Source: Selaginella moellendorffii (Eukaryota; Plantae; Lycopodiophyta). From it: DNA of 64,000 nucleotides. The DNA lies in assembly GCF_000143415.4 (NCBI RefSeq), contig NW_003314379.1:62001-126000 (forward strand), written 5' to 3'. Each line of letters starts with the position of its first letter. Positions within the stretch are counted from its first letter, which is position 1. The position numbers and the translations under genes were made by a program. Of this stretch, positions 47,879-59,084 are shown one piece after another. The notes under the pieces were generated by a model, which ran no database searches, was not told the origin of the DNA, and saw only the letters and a list, made by a program, of their open reading frames with translations.

Positions 47879-48974
47879 CTTAACCTCAAATTTTCCTTAA
47901 CTTAAACGATCAAGCTTTCCTTTTATCCTACCACACTTTAACCTTGAGCTTAAGATCCATCCATTCCCTTCACACACCATCACTGTTAACTTTGTGACAG
48001 AGAAGGACTCTCCCAGGCCTGGTGAGAGTAACATCCATTTTCTTCACACACCATCACCCTTAACCTTAAGCCTCAAGCTTAAGCTTAACAAGGCGATATC
48101 TCCACTAAATAATTGGCATTACGAAAGGGAGGGAGGAGACTCAACTACCTTAGACAAATTCAATGAGAAGAACTACAAAGCTTAGGGTATGCCAAAAAGG
48201 AACAGTGGTGAATATATCACTTAAGTGCATTGTTTGTCACATGGTTTCTATAGGAACAATGGCAGTCCAATTTCAAATCCAAGGCCAAAGCAACTCACCA
48301 CCACTGGATGTACTCACGACTCTACAATTCTAGGTGTTCCTTGACGTTTATGGCTTCAAGAATCTCGTAAGTCCATGGAAGCAATTGTCAAGTCATCACA
48401 TCTTGTCATCACTCTTGTTACAAAGATGTGATGACACAATTGCTGGAACTTAGCTATCACGATGCTTGAAGGTGTAACCGTCAAGGCTTGGAATTGTAGA
48501 GTTGTGAGTCCATCTATTGGTAGTTACTTCGGCCTTAAGGGATTCAAAATTCGAATATCGAGAAACAAAAAATGAGCAGCTGGCGAGCATAAATAAATCA
48601 TTTGTTTTTTTTCTTTCGCCACACACAAGTTTCATTAGTTCCACTATGTGACTTAGAAGAAGCGCAAACATCTGTATAGTGCCTATTGCCGTTTCAGAAT
48701 CTAATAAGGGCTCTGTCTTGCGGGGAGTGAGTGAAACAAGGCCTTGCTCTTCTAGCATGTCTCAACTCACTACAATCCTGCTATCAATTCCCCATCCCTG
48801 TCCACTTCAGTCTTCAAAATAGAAACCTTGGCAGCCTCCAAAATCACTTCAAACCCGAAGTTTCGTTGACAATGCCATTCTGAAAAAACTGTGGGATATG
48901 CTAACTCCGCTAGACTCTATCAAGTGCTCTGCTAGTGTATGATGTCTCACCACCACAAACACTGTGGCTTAACC

Positions 48975-49010
48975 ACCGAGCCTCTGATACTAATGTAAAA
49001 CATGTGGGAT
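48975..49010 (-). mobile_element. Possible relic tRNA-Met PBS/LTR junction
   Basis: gcctctgatactaa-tgt resembles the reverse complement of TGGTATCAGAGC next to an LTR ..CA end. Confidence 0.35.
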
Positions 49011-49361
49011 CCAAGGCAAGCAGGTTCTCCCTAGTACCTAACAGATGTGGAAAGGTGAAGTCCCGGACCCGCTCCCACAGTTCCCGCCCATGAATACATG
49101 TTTCATCCCTAGTACAGCATCCCATTCTACTCAATAACCTAAGTTGATGCAGAGTTAAAGATACGAATTAATTTACAGAACCACCACTTGCACAGAAGAA
49201 TCTGGATAACCTCTATGAGGCATGGGGACAGCAAAATGCATGCTCATTGGAAGTCAACTTCACGTCGCATGCATTGTAGCTTGTTGTTGCTACACTCATG
49301 AAAGGAAAAAAAATTCGCACCTTTTCACATGATGTCTCGAATGCTAACAGCAAGGCAGAGA

Positions 49362-49485
49362 AGAAGTGGTGGAGCGCCAGGGAGATCTTGAGCGGGCAGG
49401 GCGCTGTGGAGAACAGGGGGACGAGCTTGGCGCCATAGTTTGAATTTAAACCCCAATTAAAAAGACATTAGGGTTCTTGAGCTCT
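49362..49485 (+). pseudogene. Decayed duplicate of the SPEF2 last exon and 3' flank
   Basis: agaagtggtggagcgccag..ggagatcttgagcg..cttggcgccata.tttgaatt.aaaccc..attagggttctt matches 44291-44520. Confidence 0.8.
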
Positions 49486-49999
49486 CTAGGGCTTTCGTCC
49501 TCTCGCCAGGTATGTGATTTCATGATCGCGGCAGGCAGAGCGCTGCCCTGCGCATTGCATTTACATCCTCCTCCTCTGAATCTAAACCTAGGCCGCTTCC
49601 CCTCTCTTTCGCTAATCAATGCGCGTACCGTTTCCTACCTGACAAAAGAGATCCAAATCCAGCCTTGAGTGCCTTGGTTTCGCTCTGGATGCTGGGATTT
49701 CTCGTGAATAGGGTAATAGTGGTGATGTTTCCTTTTCCTTCCTTTGTCAGCCAGGCGATGGCCCTTCTTGCTTGCCTTGAAGGGAGGGCTTTTTGGGCTT
49801 AGTTTAATCCAATGCAGGTGTTGTGTGTAGCAGGGCATGCCTGTCAGTCCCCACTGGCTAGGCCCAGTTATCCGCAAAAACCTTTGCTTGCTTGCTCGCT
49901 CCATCTCTTCCTTGATCATGCTAGGCTAGTCTTAGATTTCAATCAACCAGAGCGTGCGAGCGAGCAGAGCGTGCGCGCCGAGTTGGGTCAATTGGTCCC

Positions 50000-51364
50000 A
50001 TGTCTCGAGTGGTTCCCATGGCTTCTTACAAGCACCATCTCTCCAGGCAATGCATTGCCAGAGAGCAGCAAAGAGATCGGCCGAGCGTCAGGTGTGCCAA
50101 TTTCGTGTGCTTGATTGGCTTGCTTGCGTTGGGCATTCTCGCAATCAGCTTGTCCTCGCTCAGGGTCATGCTAGGCTATCCGCATCGCCACAAGCTGCTG
50201 CGCAGTGGCAGGCTAGATCCCCAGGAATTGAATAGAACCTTGTTTTTGCAGTCGATCCAGGATCCTTGGACGCCGGAGGAGCTTCACAGGCTCAACCTCT
50301 TGCTGGAAGGCGATGGCGATGTGGTAAATCTGGAGCTTGTGAGGCGGCGGTGGCAGCGTGACATTCCAGAGGCGGCCTCGAGAGCCAGAGCCGCCAGAGC
50401 AGCGAGCATCGATGTGGATTCGTACTACCGTCACGACCACCGTCCCAACTCGGGCTATAGGAGGATCTCGGCTAGAGGGTCCAGGTTGCCGGTGGAGCTC
50501 ACTCATCCTCGATACTCCACGCGTTGGGCGGAAGCGTCTCAAGCTCTACGCTCGTGGCTGAGGAAGAAGAGGTATGATCCCAGTGTCATGAACGAGCTGG
50601 TGGATCAAGTGAGTGCTCCTATCGTCAAGTTTCTCAATTCATCAGCAACAGGCTCTAGCGGGCGATTCCGGCAGTGTGCTGTGGTTGGAAACAGCGGCAT
50701 CCTTCTCAACACCAGGTATGGATCTTTCATCGACAGCCACGAAGCAGTGTTGAGGCTCAACAATGCCAGAGTCACAGGTTTCGAGCAGCACGTTGGATCA
50801 AAGACGACGCTTTCCTTCATCAACAGCAACGTTCTAGCTCTGTGCTCTCGACGTCCGGGTTGCAATTGCCATCCATATGGATCCAGCGTCGCCACCGTCG
50901 TCTATATGTGCCAGGCTCTACATTTCGTCCACCTCAAGCTCTGTGGCTCTCTCATGGCCGATGCGCCGCTGCTCGTCACTGATCCCAGATTCGATGCTCT
51001 GTGCATGAGAATTGTCAAGTACTACTCGCTCAAGAAGTTCTTCCAGAGCTCCGGCGCTGCTGCTTCGGCCAGCTACTCGATCGAGCACTGGAAACGCATG
51101 CACGACGGCTCATTCTTCCACTACTCGTCTGGGATGCAAGCGGTGATGCTTGCGCTGGGGATATGCGACAGTGTGAATATTTTCGGATTCGGGAAAGCTG
51201 CCACCGCCAAACATCACTATCACACAAACCAGAGAGGGGAGCTCAACCTTCACGACTACGCGGCGGAGTATACACTCTACCAGGATCTCGCCAACAACAA
51301 GTCCAATCCTTTTCTAGACGAGGCCTCTGGATTCAAGTTACCGGCCGTCAGGGTTTTCACATAG
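50000..51364 (+). CDS. Glycosyltransferase family 29 (sialyltransferase-like; GALT29A-type beta-1,6-galactosyltransferase), intronless
   Basis: Type II TM anchor; sialylmotif L CAVVGNSGILL..IDSHEAVLRLNNA..HVGSKT; motif S YSSGMQAVMLALGICDSVNIFGF; HHYH..HDYAAEY. Confidence 0.93.
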   Translation: MSRVVPMASYKHHLSRQCIAREQQRDRPSVRCANFVCLIGLLALGILAISLSSLRVMLGYPHRHKLLRSGRLDPQELNRTLFLQSIQDPWTPEELHRLNLLLEGDGDVVNLELVRRRWQRDIPEAASRARAARAASIDVDSYYRHDHRPNSGYRRISARGSRLPVELTHPRYSTRWAEASQALRSWLRKKRYDPSVMNELVDQVSAPIVKFLNSSATGSSGRFRQCAVVGNSGILLNTRYGSFIDSHEAVLRLNNARVTGFEQHVGSKTTLSFINSNVLALCSRRPGCNCHPYGSSVATVVYMCQALHFVHLKLCGSLMADAPLLVTDPRFDALCMRIVKYYSLKKFFQSSGAAASASYSIEHWKRMHDGSFFHYSSGMQAVMLALGICDSVNIFGFGKAATAKHHYHTNQRGELNLHDYAAEYTLYQDLANNKSNPFLDEASGFKLPAVRVFT

Positions 51365-51451
51365 ATAGATAGAGTCGAGTCACCAGGTTCCGGTAGCCTT
51401 CTTTCTACGACAGGAAGGAAGTGAAAGGTAAAGGTCGGGCGGAGGCTGGAA

Positions 51452-52145
51452 ATGCAGGCAAAGCAGTGGTGGCAGGTCTTGGGCTTAGCGGTGCTCCTAC
51501 TCTTTCTCTGCAAGATGTCCGTCATGGTGTTGGACCAAGAGCTCCACCAGCAACACTTTAGCGTTGGCAGCGATACAGATGCAAGCCTGGCGAGGCTCCC
51601 CAGAAACCCAAGTCAAGACAAGCGAGGATGGCTGCTCGATCCTCTCAAAGCTGCTGCTCAAGCCGGCCTCTCAGGTAGGCTACTATAGGAATAATGGTGT
51701 GTGTGTGTGTGTAGCTTACTTTCATTCTTTCCCAGGTGGAGCGATTGAATGCACAGCAGTTCACGCAGGAGAGATTCAAGTAGGGGCCGTTCGTGCCAAT
51801 CATCGGCATCACTTTTGCAACGAGACGTTTCTCCTTTGGAACGCTCGAGCGTTGTTTCGTGTAAGTTTTTTTGCGATCGATCTTATAAACCCGGTTGGAG
51901 CTGATATAACTTATCTCTCTCTTTTTCTCTCTCTTCCGCAGCTGGAGAACGCATTCATGGACAATGGATATGCGCAGGCTGTTGTTGGAGCTGGCGAGGT
52001 ATCAATCGCCGCTGCGCCGGCTGGCCGGGCACATGCTTTGGCAAATATTGACAGGCACAAGACACTCTTTTTTTTGGCGTGTCAAGACGCTCTATTCAAC
52101 CCCGAGAATCCAATGACAGACTTTCGGATATGGGACGATCTGTGA
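51452..52145 (+). CDS. Membrane-anchored RmlC-like cupin, 3 exons
   Basis: N-terminal TM; cupin motifs VRANHRHHFCNETF and PAGRAHALAN; introns at ~51674-51735 and ~51862-51941. Confidence 0.75.
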
Positions 52146-52370
52146 CGAAATGAAAAAGCCCAAGGCAAAAGCTCTCTTGGCTCTCGGTCTTATTTTTTAT
52201 AGAATGAAGCAAGAATCGTCGGTGGCGTCTCTCCGTGGCCGCGGCTTCAAGAATTGTGACACCACAACCCGAGAGAAAGAAATTCTTCTCTTTCTTTTCT
52301 TCTACTAAGGAGATGGATGGATCGTTTTCGGTAATAGAGCTCGAGGTAATCAATCGAATCGGGTCGGCGA

Positions 52371-53434
52371 TCAGCATTTGAGTGTCAGCAGCGGGATGAT
52401 GCCTCGTGTTCGCTTCAGGTACGCGACGTAGTCACTGTAGTGCATCGTGTAGAGTGAGCTCTGGTAGCGAGTGATTCTAAAGCGCCTGCGCAGTGACTCG
52501 GTTATAGGACCCATGAATCCTGCTTTTCTCACCAACGAGTCCACAGTTTCCACCTTGGTCCAGCCTGGAAAGATTGCTTTTTTCTATGGTCCTCTGGAAG
52601 AAAACAACAACAATCTCACGTACCTTCCTGAGCCGAAACTTCTGGCAAATAAGTGGCACTCCTACGTAAGTTATCCGGATCAGTGAACTCCAAGATCATC
52701 CCATGCTTCCCAATCTGCGGGAGTAAAATCAGTAGCAATTCCACCGGAGCAAAATCAATCAACCTCTCCCTAGCTACGAGGCAAGAAGAGAAGAATAAAA
52801 CTATGCAAGAAAGCAAACAAGCCTCCCAAAAGGCTTGCAAAGAAGAAAATTTAAGAAAAATGCACCTCCCAATCTAAATAATTGGCTGCTGATTCATAGT
52901 CTGTTAGAATGGACACGGTACATTCCAGGAAAGGAATCTCCCGGGCTTGAATCGGAGGGAAGCGCCGGTCGCGGAGCGCACTGAAACATAGGTAGAGAAG
53001 AGGTCAACATCCTTCCACTTATTTTTTTCACATCTTTTCGCTCGAAACTCGGCTACCAAACACTAGCTAGCAAGGAAGGCATCCACTTAAAACCATAAAC
53101 AAATGGTGCCATGACAAGGCTCTTTCACGCCAAGCAACCAAAAGAGCGCACCTGGTCAATGCGTAATCCTTGAAGCCAGTGATCAAGCAGCGAGCTTCCA
53201 GCGTCCCGATGCATCCTCGCAAGCGAGGCTCTCCACCATTCACAACTTTCTTCCAAGTCACGAACAGTGGGCTGCATGGGGAAAATGGAACGTGAAAGAG
53301 AGAATGGCAAACAATGCCAAGAACACTTACTAGTTCCCTTCCTCGAAGTCCGGCGTGGGAATCACATCTCCGGTGTAGTGGGCGACGAGAGTATCGAAGC
53401 AATAGACGGCCATCTCCTTGCTAGCGGAGACCAT
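52371..53434 (-). CDS. AMMECR1: AMMECR1 family protein, 5 exons
   Basis: MAVYCFDTLVAHY, PLFVTWKK, LRGCIGT, ALRDRRFPPI, SATYLPEV, LVRKAG. Confidence 0.93.
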
Positions 53435-53904
53435 GGTGCTGCTGCTCCTGCGCGTCCGATGATGTTCGGAACCACGCCCCTAGCCACGCCCCAACCATAA
53501 GAAAAAAAAAAAGAGGAGAAAAAAAGAGAGCAAGTCTTCACTCCCCTTCCACTCGACTTGAGAATCACTCGCTCACTCACTCGCTCGCTTCTAAGAACAA
53601 GCAAGAAGCAGCAGCGGCAGGCATCCCTACCACTTCCGCAAGCCGCCTCTTCTTCATCAACAACAAGAGCCGCCGCCACAAATGAGTGCTGCTGCTGCCG
53701 CCACCGCCGCCGATTCGCGCGCCGTCGTCCTCCACCCGAGCGCCGTGGCCGCAGCAGCGCATCAGCCTCTCGTGCTAGGGCATCATCGCCATCGCCATGA
53801 CTGGCGAGCGCACAGCAAGCAAGCCAAGCCCTAGAAAAAAGAACACGACAAGTAGGGAATCTAATTTGACGAAAGGAAGGAATAAACCTCCTTCTCTCTC
53901 CTTT

Positions 53905-55995
53905 TCAAAATGGCCTCATGCTACTAGCTTGCGCGATGAGCGCCTCGAAGACCTCGGCCCTTTGGTTCCCAAAGGTACTCCGGCAAAGCTTGTAAGCCAC
54001 CTCTCTCACCACTCGCAATGGCCCCTCGTCTCTCACCACCGCCGACGATTCCAAGTACTGCCGCAGCTCCATCACTTCCCCGCACTGCATTATCAGCGAT
54101 CGCCAGTGCCCCGGCACCGTCTCGTGCAAGCAGCTCACCAGATCCTCCCATGGCGGCACCGTTTGCATGAAATCCTCGAAGAAGTCCGACGATGGCATCC
54201 CGGCCAAGTAGGCCAGCGCGTACGAGGCGCGCAGCAGCGTGTCCGCGCTCGCGCTTCCCTCCGCCTGGAGCCGCACGGCTAGCTGCCCGAAGCTCGCGCA
54301 CGCCGGGAGAGGACCGGGCACCTCCCCGGCCTCCGCCGCCGCGTTGATCTCCCGGAAGGCCTTGTCGTGGAGGAAGTTGAACTGCTCGTTGATCCTCCGG
54401 AAGGCCTTCTGAGAGCCGCGCTCGCTGGAGCAGCGGCGGCACTGGCACTGGAATCCCCACCGCTGGCAGATCTCCTGCCGCGCGTGGAACGGCACCAGCG
54501 CGTCGAAGTATGGGAGAGTGATCTCCTCCCCCTCGCCGATGTCTCGAGCCGCGTGGACGAAGAGCGCTCGCCCGACTTCCAGCCGCGCGGCATTCGGACA
54601 GCACGAATGGTTGATGAAAGCCGGCAGCGGCCACAGTCCGCACGACTTGGAGTTAAGGATGGCGTCGGCGCTGTTGCACATACCATCGAGCTTGTGCCAC
54701 AGAGACTGGCCGAACGAGAACTCCTTCACCACCTTGCGGACGCTGTCCGTGTCGATCCTCACGTCGCCATTGTTGTCCTGGTCGAAGGTCTCGGAGTACC
54801 AGCGGCTGTTGGGACGGAACAAGTCCAGCGACGGGATCTTGGTCGACGACATGAGGCTGCTCAGCTGCTGGAAATTCCGCCTCGAGCACGCCACCGCCGC
54901 CATGATCTTGGCCATTAGGTCCTCCTGAAGTGATGTCGCCTGGCAGCTCGGCGGAGAATCGCTGTAAGCTACTGCCAAGGCATTGGTGACGAGCAGCGTT
55001 TCTCCAGCCTTGACGCTCTCGGTGACGAACAGGCCTCGACCGGAGGCGATGGTGGACTTCCGGATTGCCACGGGGCCGACGTAGTCCGCGCAGCTGGGAG
55101 CTCGGTCTCGAGCTCGGCCAGCGATGAGGAAGCCACTGATGTCGAAACTCCCGTGCTTGCTCTGCTTGATACTCGTCTCGCACTGCTGGATGAGGCCTCC
55201 CATATGATCTCTCGACATCTCCGCAGCCTTCTTCATGCACGCCAGCGCCATCTCGTACTCGTGGAGTCCGTGGAGCGCTCGGGCTTTCCGGCAGTGGCTT
55301 TTCACGTTGGAGAGATCCAGCTTGAGCGCGTTATTCGAGTCAGAGAGCGCTTGCTCCGGATTTCCAATCCTCAGCATCGTTTCAGCTCGGTTGGAGAGAG
55401 CCACTGCCATCACCTCGCGAAGATTGGAGCTGAGAGTGATGCACTTGGTGTAAGCTTCCGCAGCACCTATCCAATCCTTGGACGCGAAGAGCTTGTTGCC
55501 TTCCATCTTGAGCGACGCGGCGCTGGCCTCCTCGGAGATGGGAGCTGGAAACTCACCGCTCGAGTCGGGTACTGCCAACACCCTCTCGATGTTGAGAAGA
55601 TTGTCCACACGCAGCACCAAAATCCCTCCTTTCTCCCGCTTGAGCACCGGCTCCTTGATCGCCACTCTCATCCCCACTGGAAATCTCTGCTTCACGCCCG
55701 CATTGCTCGTGTTGGAGACCGCCACATTGTACACGGACAGCAGCACCGCGCGCTCGCTCGCGTCTTCCAGCACCGTGTGGATGCCCTGGCTCTTGAAAGC
55801 CTCGCCACACAGCGTCCCAAAGAGCGCACACCCTGTGTGATGCTTCCCCGGCTTGAGATCCGCGAGTCCGATCGGCTGGAGCTTGTGGAGTGGCGGAGCT
55901 GCTGGCTGCGACATTGGCTCCACGGCCACTGCCCCGATCTTACCTCGCGTCGCGTGGATTTCCAGCACGCGTGCCTTGATCAGCCATTCCTCCAT
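53905..55995 (-). CDS. TPR + SET domain (SMYD-like) lysine methyltransferase, intronless
   Basis: TPR LKMEGNKLF..ALSNRAE; SET GRGLFVTESVKAGETLL, FINHSCCPNA, EEITLPY; post-SET FQCQCRRC. Confidence 0.9.
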   Translation of the reverse strand: MEEWLIKARVLEIHATRGKIGAVAVEPMSQPAAPPLHKLQPIGLADLKPGKHHTGCALFGTLCGEAFKSQGIHTVLEDASERAVLLSVYNVAVSNTSNAGVKQRFPVGMRVAIKEPVLKREKGGILVLRVDNLLNIERVLAVPDSSGEFPAPISEEASAASLKMEGNKLFASKDWIGAAEAYTKCITLSSNLREVMAVALSNRAETMLRIGNPEQALSDSNNALKLDLSNVKSHCRKARALHGLHEYEMALACMKKAAEMSRDHMGGLIQQCETSIKQSKHGSFDISGFLIAGRARDRAPSCADYVGPVAIRKSTIASGRGLFVTESVKAGETLLVTNALAVAYSDSPPSCQATSLQEDLMAKIMAAVACSRRNFQQLSSLMSSTKIPSLDLFRPNSRWYSETFDQDNNGDVRIDTDSVRKVVKEFSFGQSLWHKLDGMCNSADAILNSKSCGLWPLPAFINHSCCPNAARLEVGRALFVHAARDIGEGEEITLPYFDALVPFHARQEICQRWGFQCQCRRCSSERGSQKAFRRINEQFNFLHDKAFREINAAAEAGEVPGPLPACASFGQLAVRLQAEGSASADTLLRASYALAYLAGMPSSDFFEDFMQTVPPWEDLVSCLHETVPGHWRSLIMQCGEVMELRQYLESSAVVRDEGPLRVVREVAYKLCRSTFGNQRAEVFEALIAQASSMRPF

Positions 55996-56018
55996 TGGGA
56001 AAATGTAGCTCCTACCTT

Positions 56019-56026
56019 AAACCCTA
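56019..56026. promoter_or_regulatory. Telo-box (AAACCCTA) in the 60-bp divergent SET/MnmA spacer
   Basis: Exact aaacccta motif between the two ATGs. Confidence 0.55.
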
Positions 56027-56055
56027 AAAATGTGGAGGGAGGAAGAGCCCTAAAA

Positions 56056-58045
56056 ATGGCGCTCTCTCCATGCGCTTGTGGCTACCAGGTCAGTTCGCGG
56101 GCATTTCATTGCGAGCCGCGAAATCTTCGTCTTCTCTCCGGATGCTCGATTCCACGGCAACGACGATGGCAATGCTCATCGCTGGGAATTGAAAATCCGG
56201 TCTTGTCCGAGGAGCAGCAGCAGCGTACTCTCACACATTCTCCGATTTTGGAGTGGAACGATGCCTTGAGTTGCTGCGAGCCTCATGGCCAGCACAGGCT
56301 GAGAGTAGCAGTGCTCGTGAGTGGAGGAGTGGATAGTAGTGTGGCATTGCGGCTACTCTGTGCGGCTGGACACTCGTGCACTGCCTTCTATATCAAGATC
56401 TGGTTCCAGGTACTAGAAAATCTTTTTGGATTGGCAGAGGCATTGACAAGATCTGGCTAGCTCCACAGGAGGATTTCCAAAACTTCTGGTCGTCTTGTCC
56501 ATGGGAGGAAGACTTGAAGTATGCTCAAGACGTGTGTGACGAGGTTTGCTTTGTTTTTGTTCCTTTCTTTGTGGTTTTCTTATTGGAAGATTTTTTGTTT
56601 GTAGGTGGGAGTGAAGCTGGAGATCGTCCATTTGACTGATGTCTACTGGAACAAGGTTGTCTCCAAATGCATCACGGAAGTTCGGGCCGGGAGGACTCCA
56701 AATCCTGATATCATGTGCAACACCGTTGTCAAGTTTGGTATGGAAGCTGTTCTTTGGATTTTCCTTTGCGTATACTAAGCCTGACAATCAGGTGCTTTTC
56801 TGGATCACATTGACAGGACTAAGTTCGATCGAGTTGCCTCCGGTCATTATGCTCGAGTGGAGCGGTATGTGGATGAGCAGGGGACAATACGTGCACGACT
56901 AAAGCTATCAAAAGATGAAGTAAGGCTCCAGCTCTTTTCGCGCTTTTGCTTTTGAGCGAACTGTTGATATTGCAGGTCAAGGACCAGACTTACTTTCTCT
57001 CGCAGCTCTCGCAGGAGCAACTGGGATTTCTTATGTTTCCTTTAGGCAGTCTGGCGAAGGTGAGGATCTCGACTTTTTCTCTTTTCACCCGCAAGTAACT
57101 CGAATGCTGGCAGCCTGAGGTCCGTCAACTTGCTCATTCTCTGAATCTTCCAAACAAGGATCGGAAAGATTCACAAGGCATCTGCTTCCTTGGCAAGGTT
57201 CGTTTCTGCTGGTCCCGTCTCACAATGTCTCTTTGATGGACGGGTTTTACAGGTCAAATTCAGTGACTTCATATCCAGACACCTTGGCGAAAAGGAAGGT
57301 CTTCTCATCGAGGCCGAGACCGGAAAAACAATGGGCAAACACAAAGGATTCTGGTTCTACACAATCGGCCAGAGGCGTGGTATTAGTCTCTCACACGGAC
57401 CGTGGTATGTTCTCAAAAGAATTTTTCCCCCCCTCCTCACTGCAGTCGTGTCGTGCAGGTACGTTGTGGCAAAGGACTCGGAGAAAAATCTGGTTTATAT
57501 TTCAAGGCATTACTTTTCCGGGGATAAGAAGAGACGAAACTTCTACGTTGATAATTTGAGCTGGTTTTCAACGATACCCGACCCCAGTTGTCCGATAAAA
57601 TGCAAGGTGGGATTTTCTCGTTTTCATCGTCCTTGCCGTCGATTTACCAGGAATTCCGTGGCCCCAGGTCCGTCACGGTCCCAGTTTTCACGACTGCGAG
57701 CTCGAGGTTGAACGGGAGAAGCAGGGTGCCCGTGTGAAACTGCTACACAACGATCAAGCTCTAGCAGCCGGTCAGTACGCAGCGTTTTATGCTGGAGAGA
57801 CTTGCCTGGGGTCTGGCATGATCACGGAATCGATGGACGATTTAGAGTCGTGCACAGTCTCCGCTCGAGCTTTGGAAGATGGTAGACCAACACTTGGCGT
57901 GGTGAAGCAAGACGAACACACTAAATCGCTGCCACTCGGGACTACTGTGGCACGGCTGATCGTGGACAAGCTGCTGGTGCCATCTGTGAGGAAATTGGAG
58001 CAGATTCTCGCTAAGATCTTGACACACCACCACAGTGATCCATAG
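56056..58045 (+). CDS. mnmA: tRNA-specific 2-thiouridylase MnmA/TrmU, organellar, multi-exon
   Basis: Transit-peptide-like start; [64 protein letters not shown]. Confidence 0.93.
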
Positions 58046-59084
58046 CTCGAGCCGGATTGACTCGACAGGCGCAGCGAAGCAATGCTCTTCTGTCCTCTGG
58101 CGTTGGGATTCTCCAAAGGCTGCTAGACTCGCCGGCTGGCTGCTTCAAAGTGAGTGACGTATCCTTTTTCCTTTCGTTTCCTTCTATAAAGTAGCGAAAT
58201 CGCTCGTCCATTTGACTAACAGTTTTGCTGGTACCTCGAAACTCGAGTGTGTCAAACAGATGGCAAAGACATGGGCCCTCGCTCGCCACCGAGCTGGAAA
58301 GCAAGCTATAAGCGAAAGACTGCTAGAAAGGCTTTGAGACAATCCACCATGTTTACCAAGTAAGACTTGTTCGTCTTCGTTGTTTCAGTTAACTGTTCCA
58401 TGGCCGCCATTAATAGTTTTTGCGATCGCTGTGAATGCAAGAGAAAGAAAAGAAAAAGAAATTTTTTCCGGAGATCTCAACGGAAACAAAAGGAAAGAAC
58501 AAGAGCTTCCTAACGACCGATCCAAGGCAACGATTGCATCTCGGATTCTCCAACAGCATCGATCGTCAGCAGCAGCAGCAGCAGCAGCGCAAGAACTCGA
58601 CGCGACGCGATGGGCCTTCTTCTTGTTCTTGGTGGAGGGGCGCATTTCCATTCCCGTCCATCGCCATGGTTCGTTATGGCTAACCTTCGACACACCAAGA
58701 AATAGGCCGCGCAGCGGCACAAAACGAGAGAGAAAGAAAAAACAAGACGAACGAACTCAAACCAAACCAATCCAAATGGTTTTATAAAATTCCATTCCTC
58801 TATGCCCGATCCCGATCCACAAAACAGTTTCTATGATTGATCGATCAATCCGAGAGACACAGTCTCTTTGCATTTCAAGGAGAAACCATAAATCTTTACA
58901 AGACAAACGCGTTTGTGTGTGTGCCAGCCAGCCAGCCATGGCCTCTCGATCGATCCATCGATCAAACGAAGATTAGAAGGAAAAAAACAACCATCCTATC
59001 TTCTTCTTCTTCTTTCTGTTCCTCACGGCACCTACAGGATGCGTGAATGGATTCATCTCACTCTCTCGACTCTCTGCTGCTAGA

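Noticed and set aside
55153-56055. N-terminal 300 aa of the 435-aa + ORF
   Set aside because: Antisense shadow of the TPR-SET gene; only the part from ATG 56056 is MnmA exon 1.
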